This document shows, in pieces, positions 7,569 to 15,053 of a DNA stretch of 30,662 nt; the stretch's first letter is position 1, and each line of letters opens with the position of its first letter. Location of the stretch: IMG/VR virus record IMGVR_UViG_3300042360_000190, positions 1 through 30,662 of that record. One strand, written 5' to 3'. This DNA is from a virus (taxonomy: Duplodnaviria > Caudoviricetes). The notes below the pieces were generated by a model. That model was not told where the DNA came from and ran no database searches. It saw only the letters and a program-made list of their open reading frames with translations. A program made the translations under genes and the position numbers.

Positions 7569-8184
7569 TTCCTTGTTCCTTCACCCATTCTGCTTTGAAC
7601 GTCAGCCATCCGCGAGTTGTTGCCTCACCAATAGCGTCCTGTAAATTCCAACCCGCAATGCTGGCTTGATTGATTAAACTCTTTAACGCGGTTTCCGTAA
7701 TTGGCGACTTCTTGGCTTTGCGAACAGCCATAAAATCATCCCACACCTGTTGCGATACATCTTCAGGCTTCGCCACTTTCCCCTTCAGGGGTATATTTGT
7801 TTCTTGGTTGTTGGTTATTGGTTGTTGGTTATTGGTTGGTTGAACGTCCGTTGAACGCCCGTTGTTCCGACGTTGAGCGGATGCTTTACCAGCGTTGGAT
7901 GCTTTCAATGATTTATCGCGGAAATGCGTTATTTCTGCATCGCACCGCGTGTGGCTCCAACCAGCTTCATTGTTGGGAATAAAGAAGTCTTGCAGCACTT
8001 GCTCTACTTCCTCGATGTGGTCACGCATACCTATCTGCCGTGCAACTTCAGGCGCGCTGCCGACAAGGATACCATCCTTCAGGTAATACACATCAAGCAA
8101 GCGGCGATAGGCCAAATCCTCTAACAAGGACAGGTGGCGCGTATGGCTGGCGTAATCGCCAATGTTGAATTGGAAATAGTGCAT
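7348..8184 (-). CDS. Replication initiator, DUF1376/YdaU family
   Basis: MHYFQFNIGDYASHTRHLSLLEDLAYRRLLDVYY N-terminus, internal repeats, and C-terminal W.DF...RK.KK...T......GW..FKAEW domain. Confidence 0.88.
   Translation of the reverse strand: MHYFQFNIGDYASHTRHLSLLEDLAYRRLLDVYYLKDGILVGSAPEVARQIGMRDHIEEVEQVLQDFFIPNNEAGWSHTRCDAEITHFRDKSLKASNAGKASAQRRNNGRSTDVQPTNNQQPITNNQETNIPLKGKVAKPEDVSQQVWDDFMAVRKAKKSPITETALKSLINQASIAGWNLQDAIGEATTRGWLTFKAEWVKEQGNGKLSKGQFSDIGTSERAARQALHEISGGTGSFEGSAGQISTSNATGNHHTISTVPDAVRSIGYAGGGTDSLV
7804..7897. repeat. Putative replication origin: heptamer array plus 11-bp iterons
   Basis: Five TTGGTT units at 7-bp period (7804-7837). GTTGAACGTCC, GTTGAACGCCC, GTTGTTCCGAC and GTTGAGCGGAT at 11-bp period (7839-7882), plus an in-phase GTTG at 7894. 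Confidence 0.7.
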
Positions 8185-8186
8185 GG

Positions 8187-8231
8187 CTATGTGCCTTGCA
8201 AAATGGTTTTATGGCGTGTATATTTCATCAT
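8187..8231 (-). CDS. Putative 14-aa leader peptide (MMKYTRHKTILQGT)
   Basis: GAAGGAAG RBS at 8240-8247. The stop ends 2 nt before the initiator ATG. Confidence 0.4.
   Translation of the reverse strand: MMKYTRHKTILQGT
8196..8224 (+). promoter_or_regulatory. Sigma70-type antisense promoter
   Basis: TTGCAA (8196-8201), 17 nt spacer, TATATT (8219-8224), opposite to the operon direction. Confidence 0.6.
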
Positions 8232-8306
8232 ATGCGGTGCTTCCTTCTGTAAAGCATTGCGGCCAGCGAAATTTCGACGCTCCTTAATTTCGCTGGCCCC
8301 CCTTTT
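8230..8306 (+). ncRNA. Putative ~75-nt counter-transcribed RNA upstream of the initiator
   Basis: Promoter above, then a perfect 13-bp stem GGCCAGCGAAATT (8261-8273) / AATTTCGCTGGCC (8286-8298), followed by CCCCTTTT. Confidence 0.5.
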
Positions 8307-8331
8307 GCCTCAATATCAGCCTTTTATAAAG

Positions 8332-8685
8332 CTACTTTGTTTGCCGAAATTCGATTGTCGGGAACAACGCTTTGAATATAGCCTTGCGTAATGTGAAATC
8401 AGCCGTGACCATACCCTTCACATCTTCGACGCAATCCCGACCGCTTTCCGTGTAAGCAAAGTCTGGCTTATATCCAACGCGCCGTCCGTTATCGTGCTTC
8501 ATCTGACTGCCATTGATGACAAACCAAAACTGCGGGTGGATGACTAAATCGCCAATCACACCCGCAGCCCATAAAGCGTGAAGTTCATCACATCGTGCAG
8601 CTTCGCGCTTGCTGTCGTGTTTGTGGCATTGAAAGCAATATGCTTTCTTGGCATTGAATTTCGACCGACGATTAAACACCGCCAC
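8332..8685 (-). CDS. DUF1064 PD-(D/E)XK endonuclease-like protein
   Basis: SKFNAKK...HDSKREAAR...YKPDFAY...VEDVKG..T..F.LRK. Confidence 0.85.
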   Translation of the reverse strand: MAVFNRRSKFNAKKAYCFQCHKHDSKREAARCDELHALWAAGVIGDLVIHPQFWFVINGSQMKHDNGRRVGYKPDFAYTESGRDCVEDVKGMVTADFTLRKAIFKALFPTIEFRQTK

Positions 8686-8966
8686 TATTCCGATGGCTGT
8701 TCATCATATTTTGTGACAGCGTCCCACATCGCTTTTTTATCCGCTTCACTGCGCTTGGGTCTGCTTGCAATTTTTTCTGAAATCAATGCGTCCAATGCCT
8801 GTTCAACAGCAAGATATGCTTCCAACATTGGCGTTGAGCGTTTGCGCTTCCAGTTGCTCAACGTGACCCGACTAAGGCCAGCGGCGGTGGCAAGCTTCCC
8901 CGCAGTGATATTGTGTTCAGCAGCGCGTCCGTAAATACGCATAACGGCTTGGTGGCTTAACGTCAT
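8685..8966 (-). CDS. Cro-like HTH regulator
   Basis: ITAGKLATAAGLSRVTLSNWKRKRSTP HTH. First gene of the leftward early arm. Confidence 0.8.
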   Translation of the reverse strand: MTLSHQAVMRIYGRAAEHNITAGKLATAAGLSRVTLSNWKRKRSTPMLEAYLAVEQALDALISEKIASRPKRSEADKKAMWDAVTKYDEQPSE

Positions 8967-8995
8967 TTCATGTCCTTTTTGCTAAATGCAAATGC

Positions 8996-9039
8996 CCTAT
9001 AAAAAAATGCTTTACAAATGTAAATGGGGGTTACATAAA
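8996..9039. promoter_or_regulatory. Overlapping divergent promoters
   Basis: Rightward: TTTACA (9011-9016)-N17-CATAAA (9034-9039). Leftward: TTTACA (9024-9019)-N17-TATAGG (9001-8996). The two -35 boxes form the palindrome TTTACA-AA-TGTAAA. Confidence 0.7.
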
Positions 9040-9059
9040 AAACACAAGGAGCAAACATT

Positions 9060-9269
9060 ATGAACATTGAAACTTGCACAATTTGCGGCTTTGGGCTGAC
9101 ACCTGCTTTTTGCTGCCCAGCTTGCGATGCGGTTGACGCAATCGTTGAGGCTGGCGGCTGTCACCCAAATTTCAAAGAAGCGTTGGCTGAAAAAATAGGC
9201 AACATTCTTTTGGACAATGATTGGCACACAACCTTCAATGTCCGCAAAGTTTATCCACGGTTTTATTAA
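9060..9269 (+). CDS. Small Cys-rich (putative Zn-ribbon) protein
   Basis: CTICG...CCPAC; strong AAGGAG RBS. Confidence 0.7.
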   Translation: MNIETCTICGFGLTPAFCCPACDAVDAIVEAGGCHPNFKEALAEKIGNILLDNDWHTTFNVRKVYPRFY

Positions 9270-9282
9270 GGAGCAAAATGTT

Positions 9283-9639
9283 ATGAGTGATTTATTGAGC
9301 ATCCACCAAGTAGCAATCGACAAGGCCATCAAGCTTCTTGATGCGGCTGGCGCGAAATACGCTATCCAATACAACGGCGACACATACGGCACGTTACAAG
9401 TCAAGCCAGCGCCATTGCGTCCACGCCGTTACGCTAAAGGTGAAACCAGCGCACATTATTTGCCCATTATCGGCGGATTAAAAGTTGGGGAAGGCGCTTC
9501 AGTCCCTATGAGTTATTTCGACCCAAGGATTTTGTCATCCAACATCAGCGGATATTGCGTTCATAATTGGGGCGCTAGTAATGCCATGACCAAAATAAAT
9601 CGGGAAAACCAGACCATCGAAGTTCTGCGTGTAGGATAA
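9283..9639 (+). CDS. Hypothetical protein
   Basis: Start reassigned to MSDLL, downstream of AAGGAG; 118 aa. Confidence 0.7.
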   Translation: MSDLLSIHQVAIDKAIKLLDAAGAKYAIQYNGDTYGTLQVKPAPLRPRRYAKGETSAHYLPIIGGLKVGEGASVPMSYFDPRILSSNISGYCVHNWGASNAMTKINRENQTIEVLRVG

Positions 9640-9650
9640 GGGCTAAATCA

Positions 9651-10223
9651 ATGAGCGAAGATAAAATTTGCGCTGCGTATGTTGCGGCATTTGCGGAATT
9701 AGAAGCGGCGACAAAGACCGCCAGCAACCCGCATTTCAAATCCAAATACGCCGACCTTCCGACAGTGATTGATGCTATCAAGCCTCACCTGTCAAAGCAT
9801 GGCCTTGCATTCATGCAAATGCCAAAGCCAAGCGACGGCGGGATTTCAATCGAAACTATCCTGATACATAGCAGCGGCGACAAGCTTTCGATGGGCGTAT
9901 TGTTTGTGCCAGCCAATAGGCAGGACGCACATGGTTACGGGTCAGCCCTAACCTATGCGCGGCGATACGCACTGCAAACTTGTTTTGGTCTGCCGACGGA
10001 AGATGACGATGGCAATGCAGCGGTTAAATCGCAGCAGCCAGCGCCATCAAAGCCCATCACGCAGGAACAGCTTGCGGTGCTGCAAGATTTAATTGAACAG
10101 ACAGGCACTGACCCAAAGGTCATGGCAGCGCATTACAAAGTGCCATACCTTACCATGCTTCCATCGACTTCATTTGAAGCAGCAAAGGCGGCATTGGAAC
10201 GGAAGGTGCAAAATGCGGGTTGA
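9651..10223 (+). CDS. erf: ERF-family ssDNA annealing protein
   Basis: K...NPHFKSKYADL...GSALTYARRYAL....GL..EDDDGN ERF signature. Confidence 0.92.
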   Translation: MSEDKICAAYVAAFAELEAATKTASNPHFKSKYADLPTVIDAIKPHLSKHGLAFMQMPKPSDGGISIETILIHSSGDKLSMGVLFVPANRQDAHGYGSALTYARRYALQTCFGLPTEDDDGNAAVKSQQPAPSKPITQEQLAVLQDLIEQTGTDPKVMAAHYKVPYLTMLPSTSFEAAKAALERKVQNAG

Positions 10224-10854
10224 TGTCGAACAGCGCAGTGAAGATTGGTATACTGCGCGATGCGGTTCGCTGGGGGCGTCACAGGTTGCTGACGCCCTAT
10301 CCCGCACCAAAACCGGTTACAGCGCCACCAGAACAAATTTACGCATTAAGCTGGCTTTGGAACGGCTGACAGGCAAGCAAGCGGCTGGGTTCACCAGTGC
10401 AGCAATGCAGCATGGCATCGACACGGAAGAAGAAGCCCGAATAGCCTATTGCTTTGAACAGAACGTCACGGTTACGGAAACGGGTCTGGTCAGGCATTCA
10501 AGCATCCCGTGGACGCACTGTTCGCCCGATGGTCTTGTTGGCGACGATGGGCTTGTCGAAATCAAATGCCGCCAACCAGCAGGGCATCTTGAAACGCTAA
10601 CAACTGGCGAAATACCATCGCAGTATGTGACGCAAATGAACTGGCAGCTTGCTTGTATGCCAGAGCGGAAATGGGTCGATTATGTTTGTTACAACCCAGA
10701 CTTTCCCGAAGACCTCAAACTTTTCATAAAAAGGCATTATCGCAATGATGGACAAATTTTGGAATTGGAGCAATGTGTTTGCGAATTTCTCGCAGAAATC
10801 GAAGCCGACCTCGCAGCCATCGACGGCATTAGGGGAAGGGCTAAGGTTGGCTAA
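10213..10854 (+). CDS. YqaJ/lambda-exonuclease family protein
   Basis: EQRSEDWYTARCG.LGAS, MQHG...EEEAR..Y, CSPDGL, EIKC, Y..QM.WQ. Start reassigned to MRVDV. Confidence 0.92.
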   Translation: MRVDVEQRSEDWYTARCGSLGASQVADALSRTKTGYSATRTNLRIKLALERLTGKQAAGFTSAAMQHGIDTEEEARIAYCFEQNVTVTETGLVRHSSIPWTHCSPDGLVGDDGLVEIKCRQPAGHLETLTTGEIPSQYVTQMNWQLACMPERKWVDYVCYNPDFPEDLKLFIKRHYRNDGQILELEQCVCEFLAEIEADLAAIDGIRGRAKVG

Positions 10855-11125
10855 ACTGTCAGCCAATAAGCAAGGCCCAGAATGGCAAGCGGCTGCATAT
10901 CAAGCTTATGTCGAACACGCCAAGCGCCATAGGTTCTTTACCACCGAAGATGTGCGGAAAGCAGCAAAGAACGTCCCTGCGGCCACAAACAACAGCGCGT
11001 GGGGCCATATCGCAAAGACGGCCAGCAAGAACGGCATCATGGTGGAGTTTGAAACCATGCGGTCGAAAAGCGCCTCTACGCACGGGCGGCATATCATCAT
11101 CTGGCAATCGACGTTGCTGTCATGA
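10847..11125 (+). CDS. Hypothetical protein (winged-helix-like)
   Basis: FTTEDVR...NSAWG.....A...G...S...H.....W.S. The start (TTG 10847) is uncertain. Confidence 0.6.
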   Translation: MAKLSANKQGPEWQAAAYQAYVEHAKRHRFFTTEDVRKAAKNVPAATNNSAWGHIAKTASKNGIMVEFETMRSKSASTHGRHIIIWQSTLLS

Positions 11126-11469
11126 TGTTACCGCGCAAGATACCAAAAGAGGCAAAGCGTCAAAGCCGATGGAAGTCGCCAGCGCATTGCAATTTTGTCA
11201 GGGGCCACGCCTGTTCTGTATGCGGCGGCATGGCAGGAATTGAAGTTGCCCACGTTCGTTATGGAAGCGGCGCTGGCATGGGACAAAAGCCGCACGATTG
11301 GTTTACCGTCAGTCTATGCAAGCAATGCCATACGAACCAGCACAGCGTCGGTGAACTTACATTTTGGGCCAATTATAACATCAACCCGTTTGCACTGGCT
11401 GAAGCGTTTGCAAAGGCCAGCCCGAAAGCGGCTGAAATAGCTGCCAAGAAGCGGGAATTGGGGTTATGA
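11122..11469 (+). CDS. DUF968 / HNH-like Zn-binding protein
   Basis: CSVCG...AHVR...G.GQKPHDW..VSLCKQCH..QH..GE..FW. Confidence 0.8.
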   Translation: MMLPRKIPKEAKRQSRWKSPAHCNFVRGHACSVCGGMAGIEVAHVRYGSGAGMGQKPHDWFTVSLCKQCHTNQHSVGELTFWANYNINPFALAEAFAKASPKAAEIAAKKRELGL

Positions 11470-11846
11470 CGCAGACAGTTATTTTGCGGGGACAGCCACA
11501 GCGTGATTTGGCCAAGCAATTGATTGATAAAGCCCCCGTCGATGCGGTTGTTAAAATCAGCGAAGCAAAGCGCAGCGATGACCAAAACGCAAAAATGTGG
11601 GCAATGCTGTCAGACATAAGCCGCGCAAAGCCAGATGGTCGGCTGCACATTCCCGAAGTCTGGAAGTGCATTTTTATGGCCGCGCTTGGCCATGAAACAT
11701 TATTCGAAAATGGTCTTGATAACAGGCCATTCCCGATAGGGTTTAGGACATCAAAGCTGACAAAGGCCCAGATGTCCGACCTGATTGAATTTATCTATGC
11801 CTATGGCGCAAACAACAACGTAAAATGGAGTGAAAAATATGAGTGA
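11466..11846 (+). CDS. ninB: NinB/Orf-family recombination protein
   Basis: [16 protein letters not shown]...WK..F...RTSKL....[13 protein letters not shown]...V.W. Confidence 0.88.
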   Translation: MTQTVILRGQPQRDLAKQLIDKAPVDAVVKISEAKRSDDQNAKMWAMLSDISRAKPDGRLHIPEVWKCIFMAALGHETLFENGLDNRPFPIGFRTSKLTKAQMSDLIEFIYAYGANNNVKWSEKYE

Positions 11847-12072
11847 ACCAAACAATGACCAGCTTCGTCTTTTTATCGAACGCATTGAGCGATTGAATGA
11901 AGAAAAAAAGGGCATCAACGATGACATCCGCGATGTTTACAATGAAGCCAAATCGCAGGGATATGATACCAAAATTATGCGGCCCGTTATTCGTCTTCGC
12001 GCAATGGCAGACCATGACCGCCAAGAATATCAAGCATTGCTCGACACATATATGTCCGCCCTTGGACTTTGA
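11839..12072 (+). CDS. gapR: GapR/DUF2312 (UPF0335) nucleoid-associated protein homologue
   Basis: [41 protein letters not shown]...RLR...LLDTY..ALG. Confidence 0.9.
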   Translation: MSEPNNDQLRLFIERIERLNEEKKGINDDIRDVYNEAKSQGYDTKIMRPVIRLRAMADHDRQEYQALLDTYMSALGL

Positions 12073-12083
12073 AAGGAAACACC

Positions 12084-12524
12084 ATGTCATCATTGAATAA
12101 AGTAAGCTTGTTGGGTTCGCTTGGCGCTGACCCAGAAATAAAATCGTTCCAGAATGGTGGGCGCGTCTGCAATTTGCGGCTGGCAACATCCGAACGCTGG
12201 AAAGACAAAAGCACTGGCGAACAGAAAGAAACGACCGAATGGCATAGCGTGTCCATCTTTAGCGATGGGTTGGTCGGTGTTGCAGAACGCTTTTTGACCA
12301 AAGGCAGCAAGGTATATATCGAAGGCCAGCTAAAGACCCGCAAATGGCAGGACACCAACGGCAACGACAAATACAGCACGGAGATTGTGTTGAATGGCCC
12401 CAAGGCTGCACTGATTTTGCTTGGCAGCAAGGGTGAGGCAAAGCCACTGAATGCGTCTGTTGACCCATCGAAGGGTGAGCATACCACTTGGGATAATGAC
12501 CTCGACGATGACTGTCCTTTTTGA
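12084..12524 (+). CDS. ssb: Single-stranded DNA-binding protein
   Basis: LNKV.L.G.LGADPE...ATSE.W.DK..GE..E.TEWH...KGSKVYIEGQL.TRKW, with acidic DDDCPF tail. Confidence 0.95.
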   Translation: MSSLNKVSLLGSLGADPEIKSFQNGGRVCNLRLATSERWKDKSTGEQKETTEWHSVSIFSDGLVGVAERFLTKGSKVYIEGQLKTRKWQDTNGNDKYSTEIVLNGPKAALILLGSKGEAKPLNASVDPSKGEHTTWDNDLDDDCPF

Positions 12525-12534
12525 AGATTGCACC

Positions 12535-12870
12535 ATGACAAAAATAACAATCAAAGAAGTCGTTGAACAGTGCAGGATTTACGCTTGCGATAAAAAGGTG
12601 GCGCAAGTGCTTAACTGCCCTGTCACCTTGGTCGAAGCCTGTCGGCCCATGATTTACAGTCGTGGGCAGCAGCGCAAGGATTTAGGGGTAAACGAAGAAA
12701 CTGGAAAGCATTGCCAAGTTACGTTGCGTTACAAAACGGAAGCTGAAGGCATCAAGATTGCAAGCCAAAGCCTTCTTATCAAGCAACTGGAAACGGGGCA
12801 TCATTGGCTATCGAACGACAGATTTTTTGATGTCGTTTCAAAGCTAAACCCCGAACTTGGGTTGCTATAA
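12535..12870 (+). CDS. Hypothetical protein (possible N-terminal HTH)
   Basis: 111 aa; DKKVAQVLNCPVTLV is HTH-like. Start reassigned to MTKIT. Confidence 0.6.
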   Translation: MTKITIKEVVEQCRIYACDKKVAQVLNCPVTLVEACRPMIYSRGQQRKDLGVNEETGKHCQVTLRYKTEAEGIKIASQSLLIKQLETGHHWLSNDRFFDVVSKLNPELGLL

Positions 12871-12877
12871 TGCAATA

Positions 12878-12955
12878 AATGAAAAAAGTGCTTTACATAT
12901 ATATCAAGCGACTTTATAGCGGTGGACAGGGGCAGATGCCCCGCCACCTAAGGAG
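12878..12955 (+). promoter_or_regulatory. Early promoter-hairpin-RBS leader, copy 3
   Basis: AATGAAAAAAG, TTTACA (12892-12897), 17 nt spacer, TATAGC (12915-12920), then AGGGGC-AGAT-GCCCC-GCCA and AAGGAG. Confidence 0.75.
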
Positions 12956-12963
12956 TTTTGATT

Positions 12964-13077
12964 ATGACCATTCGTGAAATTATCCAATCGCAGCCATTAA
13001 GCGAAATCATCAGCGGCATTGCAATGGCAATCGTCTTGCCCATCGCGTTCATCGCATTGATGGTGGTGCTGCCATGA
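12964..13077 (+). CDS. 37-aa single-pass membrane peptide
   Basis: Not in the ORF track: MTIREIIQSQPLSEIISGIAMAIVLPIAFIALMVVLP. Strong RBS; ATGA overlap with the next gene. Confidence 0.7.
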   Translation: MTIREIIQSQPLSEIISGIAMAIVLPIAFIALMVVLP

Positions 13078-13334
13078 TAGTCGATATTGATTATACGCTC
13101 ACCCGTGGCAACGAGGTTTTTGACTTGCTTGTCGAATACACCGCAACCCGTCATTGGGATGAAGTCGATATACATATTACCAGTGTCACGCTTGATGGCG
13201 CGGTATTTGAAATCACCGACCAAGAAAGCAATGAGATTTTAGAAGCCTGTTACGAACAGGTCGAAGAAGACTTTGAAAGTTATGCAGCCAGTGAAGGGGA
13301 TTATCGCCATGACGCAGCCAAACACGACTTCTGA
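13074..13334 (+). CDS. Acidic hypothetical protein
   Basis: 86 aa, D/E-rich, coupled to the upstream peptide. Confidence 0.7.
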   Translation: MIVDIDYTLTRGNEVFDLLVEYTATRHWDEVDIHITSVTLDGAVFEITDQESNEILEACYEQVEEDFESYAASEGDYRHDAAKHDF

Positions 13335-13464
13335 ATTGACCATACGCACTGCCGCCCCAATGGGCCTAAAGCATCGTATCAGCCCACAATCAGCATGGCC
13401 TTTGCGCGGTGCAGATGGAAAGACGTTTGCAGAGCGCCGCAAGGAACAGGAACAAAGCAAATGA
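13309..13464 (+). CDS. Small hypothetical protein
   Basis: 51 aa (MTQPNTT...WPLRGADGKTFAERR). Bridges its neighbours, with an ATGA overlap at the 3' end. Confidence 0.55.
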   Translation: MTQPNTTSELTIRTAAPMGLKHRISPQSAWPLRGADGKTFAERRKEQEQSK

Positions 13465-13916
13465 CAAACGATAGCATTGAAGCAAAAGCCTTGGCGCTGG
13501 TGAATGAGGTGCGGGAAGAACGCAACTACCCACTACAGGCGACGATTTACCGTGTAGCCGACACTGATATAGAAGCACTGTGCCGCGCCATTGAACAGCA
13601 CGAAGCCTTTAAGCAAGAGGTGAGCGATATAGCGTCAGCTTATAATAAAATGGCTTTTACTGTCACTGAAATGGAACCACATGATGTATCAAATTATCGG
13701 GTTATTATTGGGTTTAAAAAAAGTGCCGATGCCTCCATGTGCCATGACCGATTGGTGTCACTCTTGGATTTCGTGAACCCCAAGCCCAAGCCTGACCCGC
13801 TGGAGGAGGTGATGAAAAAGGCTGGATGGGCCGATGCTGTCATCGACAGTTGTGCGCCATCATTGAGCGCCGCGCTGGACGCCCTTGGCTTTGAGATACG
13901 GGAGAAAGGGCAATGA
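13461..13916 (+). CDS. Hypothetical protein
   Basis: 151 aa from MTNDSIEAKALAL; AGGA RBS. Confidence 0.65.
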   Translation: MTNDSIEAKALALVNEVREERNYPLQATIYRVADTDIEALCRAIEQHEAFKQEVSDIASAYNKMAFTVTEMEPHDVSNYRVIIGFKKSADASMCHDRLVSLLDFVNPKPKPDPLEEVMKKAGWADAVIDSCAPSLSAALDALGFEIREKGQ

Positions 13917-14041
13917 CCGCCGATAACTGGCTTTTCTTGTTGGTCATATCAGTGTGGGTATTGACCGCATACCTGATTGCAACCGCGCCTGACATTACAG
14001 AGCAAGAGCGCAAGGAAATGGAAAAAGATTGGTGGTCGTAA
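13913..14041 (+). CDS. 42-aa membrane peptide
   Basis: Not in the ORF track: MTADNWLFLLVISVWVLTAYLIATAPDITEQERKEMEKDWWS. ATGA overlap. Confidence 0.6.
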   Translation: MTADNWLFLLVISVWVLTAYLIATAPDITEQERKEMEKDWWS

Positions 14042-14073
14042 AGGAAATGGGCCACCCATAACGAGCGGCCCAT
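14040..14073 (-). terminator. Rho-independent terminator of the late operon at the convergence point
   Basis: Minus strand AUGGGCCGCUC-GUUAU-GGGUGGCCCAU, followed by UUCCUUU. Confidence 0.65.
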
Positions 14074-14076
14074 AAC

Positions 14077-14223
14077 TTACTTCTTGCGCCGCTTTTTGGC
14101 TTTTTCTGCGGTCGAAAGAGCAATGGCAACAGCCTGTTTCTGGCTCATGCTTGGATGCTTCTTCAACTCATAACCAATGTTGCGGCTTATGGTCTTTTGG
14201 CTGTAGCCCTTTTTCAGTGGCAT
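14077..14223 (-). CDS. Small basic phage protein (48 aa)
   Basis: [16 protein letters not shown]...[11 protein letters not shown]...KKRRKK, a widespread small phage family of unknown function. Confidence 0.75.
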   Translation of the reverse strand: MPLKKGYSQKTISRNIGYELKKHPSMSQKQAVAIALSTAEKAKKRRKK

Positions 14224-14224
14224 T

Positions 14225-14437
14225 TTAGCCCCCAATGATTTGCGACAGGCCAGCAGCGGCGGCAGCGACAAACGCCAGCGCAGCGGCAACAGTTGCCTTC
14301 CAGCCTAGTTTCTTTTCTGAAGCATCGACCATAGGCAAAAGGTTGCCAGTGGCTTTTTTGATGATGGCTTTTTCGGCTTCTTTTCTCAAAGCCTTGCCAG
14401 CTTCTTTTTGCAGCTTGCTTTTCAAATCCATTTTCAT
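14225..14437 (-). CDS. Small protein with C-terminal hydrophobic helix (lysis-associated?)
   Basis: Lys-rich N-terminus plus [23 protein letters not shown]; AGGAG RBS; immediately after the endolysin. Confidence 0.65.
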   Translation of the reverse strand: MKMDLKSKLQKEAGKALRKEAEKAIIKKATGNLLPMVDASEKKLGWKATVAAALAFVAAAAAGLSQIIGG

Positions 14438-14441
14438 TCTC

Positions 14442-15053
14442 CTATAGCCAAGAAGCGTATTTCTTGGTTTTCAGTTTGCGGTCATCAAGGCCATGTGTTC
14501 CACCATTGATGCGCTTTGTGAGGGCAAGGATTGCAGCATCATTGATGCCTTGGTCGCAGATGCCCCACAACTTATTGCGGTCGAAAAACCATAGCGCACT
14601 TTCGATTGCCAGTTCACCAGCCACAAGGTCAGGGTTGTCCATAATATCAGGGCGATTGATATACTGGGACAGCGCCTTGTAATTGTCATGCCCTGTCAGT
14701 TGCAGAAAGCCGCGACCACGGAATTTCCATCCATCGCCGCTGCTTTCGGGGCCATTACCCATCCGATTGCCGTAAACCTTGTTGGCAATCTTGGCGGGTT
14801 GACGCTCATAGGCTTTTGCCAAAGCATCTGTCGGAAAGTATTTCCCAAAGATACCCCGCAATCCCTTTGCGCCATAGTTAAGGTTTTCGCTTGTGGCCTT
14901 CCAGTTGCCGCTTTCATGGGCGCACTGCGCGAAGAAGTGCGCCGCACGAACCTTGTTCAGCTTATAATGTGCAGCCGCAGCTTTCAGCGTGGCGGGGCCA
15001 AAAGCCCCGTCAGCCGGAATGCCGATTTTTTCCTGTAATTTTGTAAGGCTCAT
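14442..15053 (-). CDS. Endolysin, glycoside hydrolase family 19, with a short peptidoglycan-binding motif
   Basis: LQEKIGIPADGAFGPAT, AHFFAQCAHESG, ENLNY, DGWKFRGRGFLQLTG..NY, TKRINGG.HGL.DR. Confidence 0.92.
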   Translation of the reverse strand: MSLTKLQEKIGIPADGAFGPATLKAAAAHYKLNKVRAAHFFAQCAHESGNWKATSENLNYGAKGLRGIFGKYFPTDALAKAYERQPAKIANKVYGNRMGNGPESSGDGWKFRGRGFLQLTGHDNYKALSQYINRPDIMDNPDLVAGELAIESALWFFDRNKLWGICDQGINDAAILALTKRINGGTHGLDDRKLKTKKYASWL

